28,456 nucleotides of DNA, taken from a virus (lineage: Duplodnaviria > Caudoviricetes). A program made the position numbers and the translations under genes. Below are positions 1 to 8,141 of the stretch, in pieces. How positions within the stretch are numbered: the stretch's first letter is position 1; the number at the start of each line of letters is the position of its first letter. The notes under the pieces were generated by a model. It saw only the letters and a program-made list of their open reading frames with translations, was not told the DNA's origin and made no database searches. The stretch lies in IMG/VR virus record IMGVR_UViG_3300018423_000047, positions 1-28,456 of that record; one strand, written 5' to 3'.

Positions 1-124
1 CATCATACAGATTGCGCTGCGGCAGGCCAAACTCATAGCAATCTTCATAGATCTGCCGCCAATTGTCCTTGCGCCGCTGCGCGGCATCGTGCCGCTTCAG
101 GATCTGCTCAACACTGTACCTCAT
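1..124 (-). CDS. Portal (head-tail connector) protein, T7 gp8-like; 5' end only, truncated by window edge
   Basis: Not in the ORF track. ATG at 124 overlaps the upstream TGA (ATGA) and reads MRYSVEQILKRHDAAQRRKDNWRQIYEDCYEFGLPQRNLYD, matching the 'R..W...(Y/W).(D/E)..(Y/F).LP.R' N-terminus of T7-like portals. It lies downstream of terL. Confidence 0.8.
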   Translation of the reverse strand, partial: MRYSVEQILKRHDAAQRRKDNWRQIYEDCYEFGLPQRNLYD

Positions 125-417
125 GCCTTCGCCTCGTTTCTCTTGCTAATCCCCTTTGACTTTTTGCGCGCGTCAGCCTTGGAGCTAGCGCCCCAAGCGC
201 GCAGCGACAAGGTCAGGCGCGTGGGTTCGCCGTCCTTGTATTCAGGTCCGGGCATGTTGCCCATACGCGCCAAGAAACTCGCCCGGCGGGGGTTATCCCC
301 GCTTTTTACAGGGCGTTTTAGGTTCATGCCTTCGGCCTTGGCAGAACGCCGCCCAGCCTCATTCAAGCCACCCTTTGGGTTCTTGCCCTCTTTACGTTGC
401 CAAGCTGGACTAGCCAC
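121..417 (-). CDS. Small basic phage protein (DUF6321-like)
   Basis: 98 aa, K/R-rich, with motifs AWQRKEGKNPKGGLN, RRASFLARM and RLTLSLRAW recalled from this phage family. Coupled to both neighbours. Confidence 0.7.
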   Translation of the reverse strand: MASPAWQRKEGKNPKGGLNEAGRRSAKAEGMNLKRPVKSGDNPRRASFLARMGNMPGPEYKDGEPTRLTLSLRAWGASSKADARKKSKGISKRNEAKA

Positions 418-574
418 GAGCAGCCCTCATGTTGTCAATCAGGTTTGGATATGGACGGCCAGCCTTGGCAGCGGCACGCATAGCTGACCGCTTTTGTGCT
501 GGCGTCAAACCCTTCGGCTTGCCCAGATCCTTTGGCCGCTTTTTATCCCAAACCTCTTTTTTCTTATTTTCCAT
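410..574 (-). CDS. Small basic phage protein (54 aa)
   Basis: Likely start ATG 574 (MENKKKEVWDKKRPKDLGKPKGLTPAQKRSAMRAAAKAGRPYPNLIDNMRAARG). Tiles with neighbours. Contains a GRPYPNLIDNM motif. Confidence 0.7.
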   Translation of the reverse strand: MENKKKEVWDKKRPKDLGKPKGLTPAQKRSAMRAAAKAGRPYPNLIDNMRAARG

Positions 575-698
575 TTTTCTTTTTCCCAGCCTTTGACATT
601 GCGATAGCAACAGCTTGCTTTTGCGGACGACCTTCGCGCATCAGCATCTCAATGTTGCGCTTGACGGTTTTTTTGCCGTAGCCCTTCATCAGTGGCAT
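564..698 (-). CDS. Small basic phage protein (44 aa, DUF6496-like)
   Basis: Below the ORF-track cutoff. TAATG overlap at 696-700. Translates to MPLMKGYGKKTVKRNIEMLMREGRPQKQAVAIAMSKAGKKKNGK, with a KQAVAIA.S.A motif. Confidence 0.75.
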   Translation of the reverse strand: MPLMKGYGKKTVKRNIEMLMREGRPQKQAVAIAMSKAGKKKNGK

Positions 699-1243
699 TA
701 CGCGGCCCCCAATGTGTCAGCCGTAAGCCGGTCGCCACTCAGCAATGTGCGCGATCCAAGCCTGCGCATACCAGCCAAACGGCGGCGGCGGTTTTCCTCT
801 TCGATCTGTTGCACCAGCTTTGAGCGGCGCACTGTCTTGGCGGCTGGCTGTTCGGGCTGCGGAGCCGCCGCGCCCATCTGCGCGGACGGTGCAGCAGCAC
901 GGCCTTCGCCGTCACCTGTGGTTCTGACATCAGCCGCTCTAGGGCGACCGAAATATGTGCCGTCTGTTTCAACGCCGATGATGATGCCGCCTTCGCGAAC
1001 AGGCGTGCCACCGGCCTCAATCCGGCTGGCAATGCCCTCACGCACTCTTTCGCCGATATTTGCACCAATCGCTCTGGCTATTGCCAAAGACAGCGATGGC
1101 ACCATTTGCTGTTCGCCCTCACCGCCACGATCTCGTACAGACGCTGCGTCACGGCTCCGCTGTTCGGCTCGGCTTGGCCCCCGACTAGCAGGCGCACCGC
1201 GCCCTCTTTCACCACGACCACCGCTGTAACCGCCATATCTCAT
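698..1243 (-). CDS. Arg/Gly-rich putative virion protein
   Basis: 181 aa, low complexity, RGG-rich N-terminus. C-terminus RRRRLAGMRRLGSRTLLSG...TLG resembles small pre-portal virion proteins of podoviruses. Confidence 0.65.
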   Translation of the reverse strand: MRYGGYSGGRGERGRGAPASRGPSRAEQRSRDAASVRDRGGEGEQQMVPSLSLAIARAIGANIGERVREGIASRIEAGGTPVREGGIIIGVETDGTYFGRPRAADVRTTGDGEGRAAAPSAQMGAAAPQPEQPAAKTVRRSKLVQQIEEENRRRRLAGMRRLGSRTLLSGDRLTADTLGAA

Positions 1244-1253
1244 GCCTGCACCC

Positions 1254-1469
1254 CTATCCTAGTGTTTCCTGAATGCCCTTTTCGGCATCCTCGCGTATTG
1301 ACGACAGCAGCAAACGCTGGCCGCCTGCTTGTCTGGCACGCCGCCGGGCCGCAATCTGCTTTAGTTTTGTGCGCTCTTCTTCGGCCAGACGCGCCTCTGT
1401 GCGTTCCTGCGCCGCAGTAATCTCAGGATCTGGCTGTGGCTCTCTTGGCGTTTTGAGCAATCCACCCAT
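1254..1469 (-). CDS. Small putative virion/tail assembly protein (T7 gp7.3-like by position and composition)
   Basis: 71 aa; MGG start, Pro-rich stretch, helical middle, C-terminal RRRARQAGGQRLLLS...TLG. TGATG coupling to the GNAT gene. Confidence 0.65.
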   Translation of the reverse strand: MGGLLKTPREPQPDPEITAAQERTEARLAEEERTKLKQIAARRRARQAGGQRLLLSSIREDAEKGIQETLG

Positions 1470-1939
1470 CAGTAATACCTCGCAAACATAATATGATCGG
1501 AGCCGTCAGGCCCATACCGGCGCAGACGCCCCTCTTGCGTGAATTGTAACGCAATGGCCCACCTCACAGCAAGGCGGTGTCGGACATTTACCGTGATTTG
1601 CAACCGCTTCAGTCCCTCTTTGGTAGCTATGTGGTCAAAATACCTACCAGCGGAGCGGGTCAGCGATACCGCTCTGGTATTGATCTGGTCGGATGTCAGC
1701 ATCCACGCTTCGGCAACGCCGGGCCACAAGATCTGATAACCGAAGCAACAGGCAACCTTGCCACCCACCATAGCCGTATATGCGGTGCCAGCCGCCTGAT
1801 ACGCTTTTAGCACATCGCGGTAATTTGGCAGATCAGTGAAATACGCCAGATCGAACTCACGCAGATTGGCCGTGTATGGATGGCCCCAATGAAACGGCAC
1901 AATCGTGATGTCCGGGCTGGTCAGTATGTCACGCCACAT
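1469..1939 (-). CDS. GNAT-fold acetyltransferase-like protein (T7 gp13-like)
   Basis: Motifs LWPGVAEAWML, LKRLQITV, 'AVRWAIALQFTQEGRLRRYGPDGSDHIMF' (RimJ/RimL-like .F..EG.LR.Y). Coupled to terL. Confidence 0.8.
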   Translation of the reverse strand: MWRDILTSPDITIVPFHWGHPYTANLREFDLAYFTDLPNYRDVLKAYQAAGTAYTAMVGGKVACCFGYQILWPGVAEAWMLTSDQINTRAVSLTRSAGRYFDHIATKEGLKRLQITVNVRHRLAVRWAIALQFTQEGRLRRYGPDGSDHIMFARYY

Positions 1940-3492
1940 CAGAACACACTGAAATCAGCATTCGCCGTCAACTGCTTGAACTGCTGGCTGAACTGGCTGT
2001 TCCGCGTCAGGCTGCGCACCTCACCGGCACCAAGCATCAGATAGCCAAACGCATCACCCACATGCGAGTGTTCGTTCTTATTCGGCGCATCCCTGAACCG
2101 CTCATGCCCAGATCCGACCGCAACCCGCTTGAAATGATAGCCGCCAGCCAATGCCTTGCGTGTGCGCGTGCATTTGTTGCTGACATACAACCCTGGCTTG
2201 CCGTCAATCATGCGGTTCATCGGCATAGCACCAGCCTCGCGGCGCACCATAAAATCATTGCTTTGGGTTGGCCGGGCGTGCAAACCAAGCGTGCGCAGAT
2301 GCTCAAACGCCGTGACCTCGAAGATCTCATCCCGCTTAACACCAGCCGGGTCGCCCCACACCAGCACATCGCATTTCGGGAAATGCTGCTGGATGTCCGC
2401 AATCAAGTGATGGCAGAACCGCTCCAAACCCATATCAAACGCAACCAACTCATGCACCACATTCCAGCGACCGTTTTGCATTTTCTGGCCAAACACAGCG
2501 GCAGGCGTCAAACCAAAGTCAAGCCCGATATGCACCGGCCAGCCCGGCTCAATCTCAACATCGGTTGACATCACGCTGTCAGAAAACTCCGGCCAGACCG
2601 GCTTGCCATCCTGCACATACACATACTGCGCACCGGCATAGCACTGGATCCAATCAATCGACTTGCCAGCCAACTGCTGCTCATAATAGCCGGGCGGCAG
2701 ATTGTTGACGTTCTCAGCCAGTGGGTTGTTGATCCACCATTTCTCAGCCGCAAAGATCGCGTCCTCATGCTCGGCAGTGCCTTCAACCACGCCGCCGGGC
2801 TGCTTGTAAAACTTCCAAGGGTATTTGCCCTTAATCGGGTTTTTCTCCGCAAGGTTCGGCCACCAGTGATCGCTGTCCATCGGGTTGGTGGACATCCAGA
2901 CGCCGCGCCAAGTGCAGCCGCCATTCGCCTTTGTCGGATAACGGCCAACACGCGATGTCAGGCCGTCAACCACCGCTTTTGGCAACTCACGCGCTTCGTC
3001 AATGAAGCCCCCCGATAATTCAAGACTGAGCAATTTTCGAACATCCCGGGGTTGGTCCAACGCCAGAAAAATCACCTCGCAGTCAATCCCCGCAACGCCA
3101 TCACGCGGTGGCAGCTTGATGTGATGCGTGATCGGCGGCGACCACCGCATCGGACCCCAAACATTCTCCGGGAAGATCTCCTGCCAAGTCTTGATCGTGG
3201 TGGTCCGCAATTCCGGGTAGCTGTTTCGTATCACGGCAAATCTGGTATATCTGATCCCATCGATCGGCGATGGCTCCTGCTTCACCGCCCTCAACATCAC
3301 CTCGGCAAGCGAGGCAAACGTCTTGCCAGAGCCGACCGGCCCCATCAAGCCACGCACAAAGCTGTCGTCCTGTAAAAACTGCCATACCGTTGGGCTTTCC
3401 GAAAAGTTCAAGTTCAAACCAGCAAGCGCCTCAGTCGTGGGCTGCTTGCGTCTGCGTGGCGACCGATCTGTCGCTCTGGGTGATCTAGCCAT
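1939..3492 (-). CDS. terL: Terminase large subunit
   Basis: Walker A GPVGSGKT, Walker B GGFIDEARE, motif III STNP, RNase H-like nuclease motifs IGLDFG and HVGDAFGY. Confidence 0.95.
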   Translation of the reverse strand: MARSPRATDRSPRRRKQPTTEALAGLNLNFSESPTVWQFLQDDSFVRGLMGPVGSGKTFASLAEVMLRAVKQEPSPIDGIRYTRFAVIRNSYPELRTTTIKTWQEIFPENVWGPMRWSPPITHHIKLPPRDGVAGIDCEVIFLALDQPRDVRKLLSLELSGGFIDEARELPKAVVDGLTSRVGRYPTKANGGCTWRGVWMSTNPMDSDHWWPNLAEKNPIKGKYPWKFYKQPGGVVEGTAEHEDAIFAAEKWWINNPLAENVNNLPPGYYEQQLAGKSIDWIQCYAGAQYVYVQDGKPVWPEFSDSVMSTDVEIEPGWPVHIGLDFGLTPAAVFGQKMQNGRWNVVHELVAFDMGLERFCHHLIADIQQHFPKCDVLVWGDPAGVKRDEIFEVTAFEHLRTLGLHARPTQSNDFMVRREAGAMPMNRMIDGKPGLYVSNKCTRTRKALAGGYHFKRVAVGSGHERFRDAPNKNEHSHVGDAFGYLMLGAGEVRSLTRNSQFSQQFKQLTANADFSVF

Positions 3493-3701
3493 TACTCCTC
3501 CGGCGAAAACGTAACAATCGTGAAACCAGTGTACTCAGCCGGGCCAATCGTGATGAGCGGACCACCGCATTCACTGCACAACACCGCCTCACCACTATCA
3601 TAAACACGGCCCCGGGTGTCACACTCACAATGGCCACAAACCACATCCTCAGAAAAAAATCGGATACTCAAATATTCCTTCATCGATATAACGTCAGCCA
3701 T
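3492..3701 (-). CDS. Small zinc-ribbon protein
   Basis: Likely start ATG 3701. Contains CGHC and CSEC. Overlap-coupled between terS and terL. Confidence 0.7.
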   Translation of the reverse strand: MADVISMKEYLSIRFFSEDVVCGHCECDTRGRVYDSGEAVLCSECGGPLITIGPAEYTGFTIVTFSPEE

Positions 3702-4092
3702 CGTCACCCTCAATCTCAACAATCTTTGCAGTCGGCCCGGTTATGTTGATGCCGATCATACTTGGACGCTGGCTATCACTGTTTGGCTCCAACAACCCGC
3801 GATGCTTCGCCAAGAGCCGCAACGCCGACAGCTTGTCGTGCATCTCAACCTCGATCGTGTTGCCAAACTGGTTGGGCGTGACCTTCACCTTTTTGACAGA
3901 TCGCTTGGCACGCTCCGACAACTGATCACTCGGCGTCAGCGTGACCCGGCCCATATCATCCCACTGGATGACATCAGTCGCCTCACCAGCCGCTATGGCC
4001 TCCAACTCCTGCACAACAGCCTCGCGGCGGCTGTCGTCCTGAGACGACAAAGCCGCACGCTGGCTCCTAATCGTTGGCGTTTTCTCGCTCAT
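3694..4092 (-). CDS. terS: Terminase small subunit
   Basis: VVQELEAIA and EVEMHDKLSALRLLAKHRGL match the TerS 'K(L/M).DK..AL.LL.KH.G' motif. Lies just upstream of terL. Confidence 0.8.
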   Translation of the reverse strand: MSEKTPTIRSQRAALSSQDDSRREAVVQELEAIAAGEATDVIQWDDMGRVTLTPSDQLSERAKRSVKKVKVTPNQFGNTIEVEMHDKLSALRLLAKHRGLLEPNSDSQRPSMIGINITGPTAKIVEIEGDDG

Positions 4093-4345
4093 GCAAGCAC
4101 TCCGATCCTACTGCGGCATAGCCAGCCAAGTCCTTCCAGCTATCCTGATGATCCCGATTATACGACAACCGGGCAATCTTCATAGCCGCAAGACACAGCG
4201 CGACTTGCTCCGGCTCAAACTCCACGCCCATAATCGCAGACCACATAACCGCGATCCGCTCGTGGTTTTCCCACGGCGACCCATATTCCTCGCCGCGATC
4301 CCTGACAGCCTCCTTGGCTGCATCCAGTAGATCAAACCTATCCAT
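4067..4345 (-). CDS. DUF6378-family all-alpha NTP pyrophosphohydrolase-like phage protein
   Basis: Motifs RGEEYGSPWENHERIAVMWS, VALCLAAMKIARL and HQDSWKDLAGYAA. Start probably ATG 4345 (the ORF track gives 4369). Confidence 0.8.
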   Translation of the reverse strand: MDRFDLLDAAKEAVRDRGEEYGSPWENHERIAVMWSAIMGVEFEPEQVALCLAAMKIARLSYNRDHQDSWKDLAGYAAVGSECLHERENAND

Positions 4346-4526
4346 CGTTATTTCCGGCTTCATTGCCATCTCCCTTGTAATCCTTGATCTTCAACCGGCA
4401 GATGCCGCATTGATACTCCGCATGTAACTCAGTGATGCGCCGCACCACCAAAGTCGCAGTGTTGCAGTTCGGGCAGCGACCGGCGTCCATTCGCCGCTGC
4501 ATGATGCCGTCACCCTTCTCAATCAT
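4338..4526 (-). CDS. Small zinc-ribbon protein
   Basis: 62 aa, CPNC...CGIC, overlaps both neighbours. Confidence 0.7.
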   Translation of the reverse strand: MIEKGDGIMQRRMDAGRCPNCNTATLVVRRITELHAEYQCGICRLKIKDYKGDGNEAGNNDG

Positions 4527-4791
4527 CGTCCGGCCCCAAGTGTCGCACCCTCGTAATCAGCCGATTGCGCAGGCGTGGCAGCTTCACTGCATCAAACGGC
4601 GCAAAGGCACGCGCCAATGGCTGGCGACTGCCCTCATCCACTATAGGCCAGATCTCCACCCGGACGCCATCCCTTGTGCGCTCGATATGCACAGATAGCT
4701 TGTCGATATCAACCCAAGTATGCGCCGCAATCTGGCGATAAATGGTATCCTTGCGCAACAGTGGGCGCTCATCTTCGGTGTGTTCGGTCAT
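4519..4791 (-). CDS. Hypothetical phage protein
   Basis: 90 aa with a strong GGAGG RBS upstream of the ATG. First gene after the 4792-4932 intergenic region. Confidence 0.7.
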   Translation of the reverse strand: MTEHTEDERPLLRKDTIYRQIAAHTWVDIDKLSVHIERTRDGVRVEIWPIVDEGSRQPLARAFAPFDAVKLPRLRNRLITRVRHLGPDDD

Positions 4792-4932
4792 GCGTCAAAA
4801 CCCTCCAAAATTTTGTGTGAGACCCCTATCGATATGTAGGAAGGGGCCGGGGGCAAGGGGTCGTCTTTTGCCCAGCCGGCAGAAACAGGCGACCTTTCCC
4901 AGCCTGTAATCCTGCAAATGTCGGTTTGCTCG

Positions 4933-5640
4933 CTATACACTCATCGCCCTCGCTACGTCTGCCAGCGATGGAACCCCTGCCCTCCGCTCCAGCGCTTGGT
5001 CGCACACGTTAAGGGTTGCCGCCTTTACGTCAGCCGCACCGTGGCCAGCGTCAGCCAGCCGCCGGGCGTGTGCTATCTCATTGGCGTACAGCCGCGCCTG
5101 CCCGGTCGCCTGCTGCACGGCCACGATGTAGGCGTTGCAGATCTCATCGGCTGTTAACTGAATTCCGGTTAACTTTGGGTCGCCGGGTCGCGGCTGATCG
5201 GGGTGATGAGAGGGTGATTGCAAATCCCCCAGACCCCCTGTTTCTTCCTGCCCATCGCCATCTTGGTCACGCACAGGCTGTAGTGGCTTGGCGATGTCTA
5301 TCTCTTCCCGCGTGGGCAGCGGCTCGTCACCATCCCACAGCACCTGATAGCGATTGCTCTTCCAGCCGCTTGCCGTCTCTTGGTAATCCTTGGGCCGCAA
5401 CTGCCGGATGTATCGCTTTTGCTTCAGCACCTTGATCGCGTCATGTATCGTCTGCCGCTCTTTGTAGGCCGTCACATCGCACAGCGTGAACATGCTGGGC
5501 CAACACACGCCAGCCCTGTTTGCAAAGGCTGACAGCGCTCCCAGCACCCGCAGTTCGCGTTCCTTCAGCGTCCTATCCCCGAATGCACGCATCGGCACAA
5601 CAGACCAAGGCCGCTTATCTTCAGAAAGGGATTTCATCAT
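4933..5640 (-). CDS. Winged-HTH replication initiator-like protein (HTH_36-type N-terminus)
   Basis: ELRVLGALSAFANRAGVCWPSMFTL...IHDAIKVLKQKRYI...SNRYQV matches the 'CWPS..TL' HTH of phage initiators. Followed by a linker and a helical C-terminal domain. Confidence 0.75.
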   Translation of the reverse strand: MMKSLSEDKRPWSVVPMRAFGDRTLKERELRVLGALSAFANRAGVCWPSMFTLCDVTAYKERQTIHDAIKVLKQKRYIRQLRPKDYQETASGWKSNRYQVLWDGDEPLPTREEIDIAKPLQPVRDQDGDGQEETGGLGDLQSPSHHPDQPRPGDPKLTGIQLTADEICNAYIVAVQQATGQARLYANEIAHARRLADAGHGAADVKAATLNVCDQALERRAGVPSLADVARAMSV

Positions 5641-6181
5641 TCAGTTCCTTCTCGGTTGCTGTTTTGATCTTCTCAACGGTTGCGCCCGGCCACAGATCCT
5701 TTGCCTTCTCCACCGCTGGTGCCTGCTCCATATAAGCCTGCACCATCTTTGCCACCTCTTCGACACTGCACACCACCATTTCCCTGTTCTCACGTTTGAC
5801 CTTGCCCACCTCATAGCCGGTGCGCACGATTGCCAGCACCTTGCCGTTCGGCATCGGCGCTTCCCAATACTCGCCGGTCAGCGGCTGATGTCCTGCCTCG
5901 ATGGCCTTCTGCTCCAGCAGCGTCAGCCCTCTCATCGTCACATCCACCTGATGCTCGACATCGGCCTGATCATCGATGGCCTTGTTCAGCTTGTCCATCT
6001 GCGCATCAAACCGCTCCCGCAGTTCATGCCCGACTAGCCACGGCAATCGGTCCACGCCCCATTTCGCTTCCAGCTTGGTCACTGCCTCATCATACTTGAC
6101 CAGCGCATCTTGCATCCGGCGCATCGCCAGTTGACTAGGCGCATAGTAAGTCTTGTTCGGTTTTTTTGGTCGTTTAGCCAT
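5621..6181 (-). CDS. Hypothetical phage replication-region protein with acidic C-terminal tail (NDEIPF)
   Basis: 186 aa ORF in operon orientation; WGVDRLP motif; SSB-like tail. Confidence 0.75.
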   Translation of the reverse strand: MAKRPKKPNKTYYAPSQLAMRRMQDALVKYDEAVTKLEAKWGVDRLPWLVGHELRERFDAQMDKLNKAIDDQADVEHQVDVTMRGLTLLEQKAIEAGHQPLTGEYWEAPMPNGKVLAIVRTGYEVGKVKRENREMVVCSVEEVAKMVQAYMEQAPAVEKAKDLWPGATVEKIKTATEKELNDEIPF

Positions 6182-6199
6182 TAAAATGTACCCTTAAAA

Positions 6200-6292
6200 G
6201 GTAGGGTGCGATGGTAGGGTGTGATCCTAGGGATCATCACACCCCACCCACCCTGCGATGAACGTAAGATTTGCGTAAGATGGTCATCTTAC
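6200..6292. repeat. Cluster of direct and inverted repeats; candidate replication origin or regulatory site
   Basis: GGTAGGGTG(C/T)GAT tandem at 6200-6225. Nested inverted repeat GGGTGTGA..TCACACCC and TGATCC-tag-GGATCA at 6217-6244. CGTAAGAT at 6263 and 6274, plus inverted ATCTTAC at 6286. Confidence 0.55.
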
Positions 6293-8107
6293 ATTTTCCC
6301 CTATGTCCTTGTTTATCCACACTTTGCCCTCATGCACAGTCACCACACCCTTGTCTTGCAGCCCCTGACGCGCATCTTTGCGCTGTTGCGGCGTAAGATC
6401 GGGCGATTTTACCTTATGTGCGTCATGCCAAAGCCCGGTTCCGACCGCATCCACACCCACCTTGATTAGCGTGTTTCGCAGTGCTTGCAGCGCATGATAC
6501 TGCCTCGGCGACAGGTTCTGCTTCTTGGTTGCGCCTTGTGCCTCGATAGGCCGCAGCACCACGCTGCTGTCCTCCAGCAGTGCGATCGGCACCATCTCAA
6601 ACGTGATTCTATCCATCGGATCTGCGTCTTTTTGCTTTTCCATCGATAGCGTCACGATGCTCTCCGACTTGCCTACCGCCAGCACCGTATCGGCGGCACC
6701 AGCCAGCGCTGACGATCCCCGCATGCTATTGATGCCGCGTGATGCGTCCTTGCCAGCGTGATGTATCGCCAGCAGGCCACAGCCGGTGTGATGCTTGATG
6801 GCGTCACAGCCGCGTATGAAGGCGCTCATGTCGGTGGCGCTGTTCTCTTCCCCGGTCATGCTTCGCGCCACTGTGTCGATCACCAGACAGCTAAACTCTG
6901 TGTTCAGGCTGTCGATCGTGCGCAGCAGCTTTTCCACGCTTTCCTGATCCATCATATCGACCGCCACTGGCAGCACCCTGAGTGAGCCGGTGCCGTCCAC
7001 CTCATTGTGCTGCTTCCACGCCTTGACGCGCTTGCCAAGGCCGGATACGCCTTCCCCGGCTATGTACAGCACGGCCCCGGCGCTTGTTTCCCTGCCGTGC
7101 CACAACAGGCCGTGCGTCATGCAGAGCGCCATATCAATGGCGATGAACGACTTACCTGTACCGGGTGCGCCATACATCACCGTGAAGCCGTGCTTGGTCA
7201 GCACGCCGTCTATCATCCACTCGACCGGCGGCATCGCCATCAGGTACGCCTCGTCATACAGCGGATATATGTCTTGCGCCTCTTCCGGCTGTGCTGGCTC
7301 CGGCTCCACCGCTAGTGGCGGTGTCGCCTTCACCAGTGCCTGCAAGTCCTCCACCTTATTGCCAGCAAGCAGCCAATCCACGATATCGCCCTTGTCAGGC
7401 AATCCCGGCAGATCCACGCGCTTGATGGCCGCTGCAACGCCCCATAGCTGGCTCTGCACCACATCGGCGTGCTTTTGCCCCGCCTCATCGTTGTCAGGGA
7501 TCAGCACCACCTTGCGGCCAGCAAAATACTGGTTGAGGTCCGGCTTCCAATTCTTTGAGCCGCCGTGATTTGTGGTGGCGATCAGGCCGTGCTTTGACAA
7601 CCTGTCGGCGCATTTCTCACCTTCCACGATGAATACCGCCGCGTCTGGCTTCTCCATCATCTTCGGCAGATTGTACGGCACCGCTTGGACGCCATCCATA
7701 TTGTACAGCCATCCTCCCTTGCCATCAGGGCGGCGCTGTCTGAATGTCTTTGGCTCATACCGCTCAACCTCGAACACCACCTCGCCGTCAGCATTGACGT
7801 AGCTGTATCGCTTGGCGAGGAACCGGCTCGGTTGCAGCTTTGTCTGCGTCTGCTTCGGGATGCCGAACTTGGTCTCCAGAATATCCGGCAATCTGCCATT
7901 CATGCTGACCGGCTCATGCAGGCGCACGAGATCAATCACGCCGCCGCCAACGCCTTTCTCGTGATCGAAGAACGTGCCCTTTCTGAGATCCACCGACGTA
8001 CTGCCAAAATTGCCGAAGCGAAGTTCGGTGCCTTTCGACAGCTTGGCGTTTGGCTCCCCCAGATAATGCCGCGCCACCTGTTCTATGTATGCTGATAAAT
8101 TTGTCAT
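6284..8107 (-). CDS. Primase-helicase (TOPRIM primase + RecA-like AAA_25 helicase)
   Basis: TOPRIM motifs FIVEGEKCAD and IPDNDEAG. Walker A GAPGTGKS, YIAGEG, Walker B LVIDT, AIHHAGK, RGSSALAGAAD. Confidence 0.93.
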   Translation of the reverse strand: MTNLSAYIEQVARHYLGEPNAKLSKGTELRFGNFGSTSVDLRKGTFFDHEKGVGGGVIDLVRLHEPVSMNGRLPDILETKFGIPKQTQTKLQPSRFLAKRYSYVNADGEVVFEVERYEPKTFRQRRPDGKGGWLYNMDGVQAVPYNLPKMMEKPDAAVFIVEGEKCADRLSKHGLIATTNHGGSKNWKPDLNQYFAGRKVVLIPDNDEAGQKHADVVQSQLWGVAAAIKRVDLPGLPDKGDIVDWLLAGNKVEDLQALVKATPPLAVEPEPAQPEEAQDIYPLYDEAYLMAMPPVEWMIDGVLTKHGFTVMYGAPGTGKSFIAIDMALCMTHGLLWHGRETSAGAVLYIAGEGVSGLGKRVKAWKQHNEVDGTGSLRVLPVAVDMMDQESVEKLLRTIDSLNTEFSCLVIDTVARSMTGEENSATDMSAFIRGCDAIKHHTGCGLLAIHHAGKDASRGINSMRGSSALAGAADTVLAVGKSESIVTLSMEKQKDADPMDRITFEMVPIALLEDSSVVLRPIEAQGATKKQNLSPRQYHALQALRNTLIKVGVDAVGTGLWHDAHKVKSPDLTPQQRKDARQGLQDKGVVTVHEGKVWINKDIGENVR

Positions 8108-8141
8108 CTGTTCTTACTCTCCCGGTTCTCCCAATGTAGGC

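Noticed and set aside
615-1229. 204-aa plus-strand ORF
   Set aside because: Antisense to the tightly coupled minus-strand operon; no recognisable motifs.
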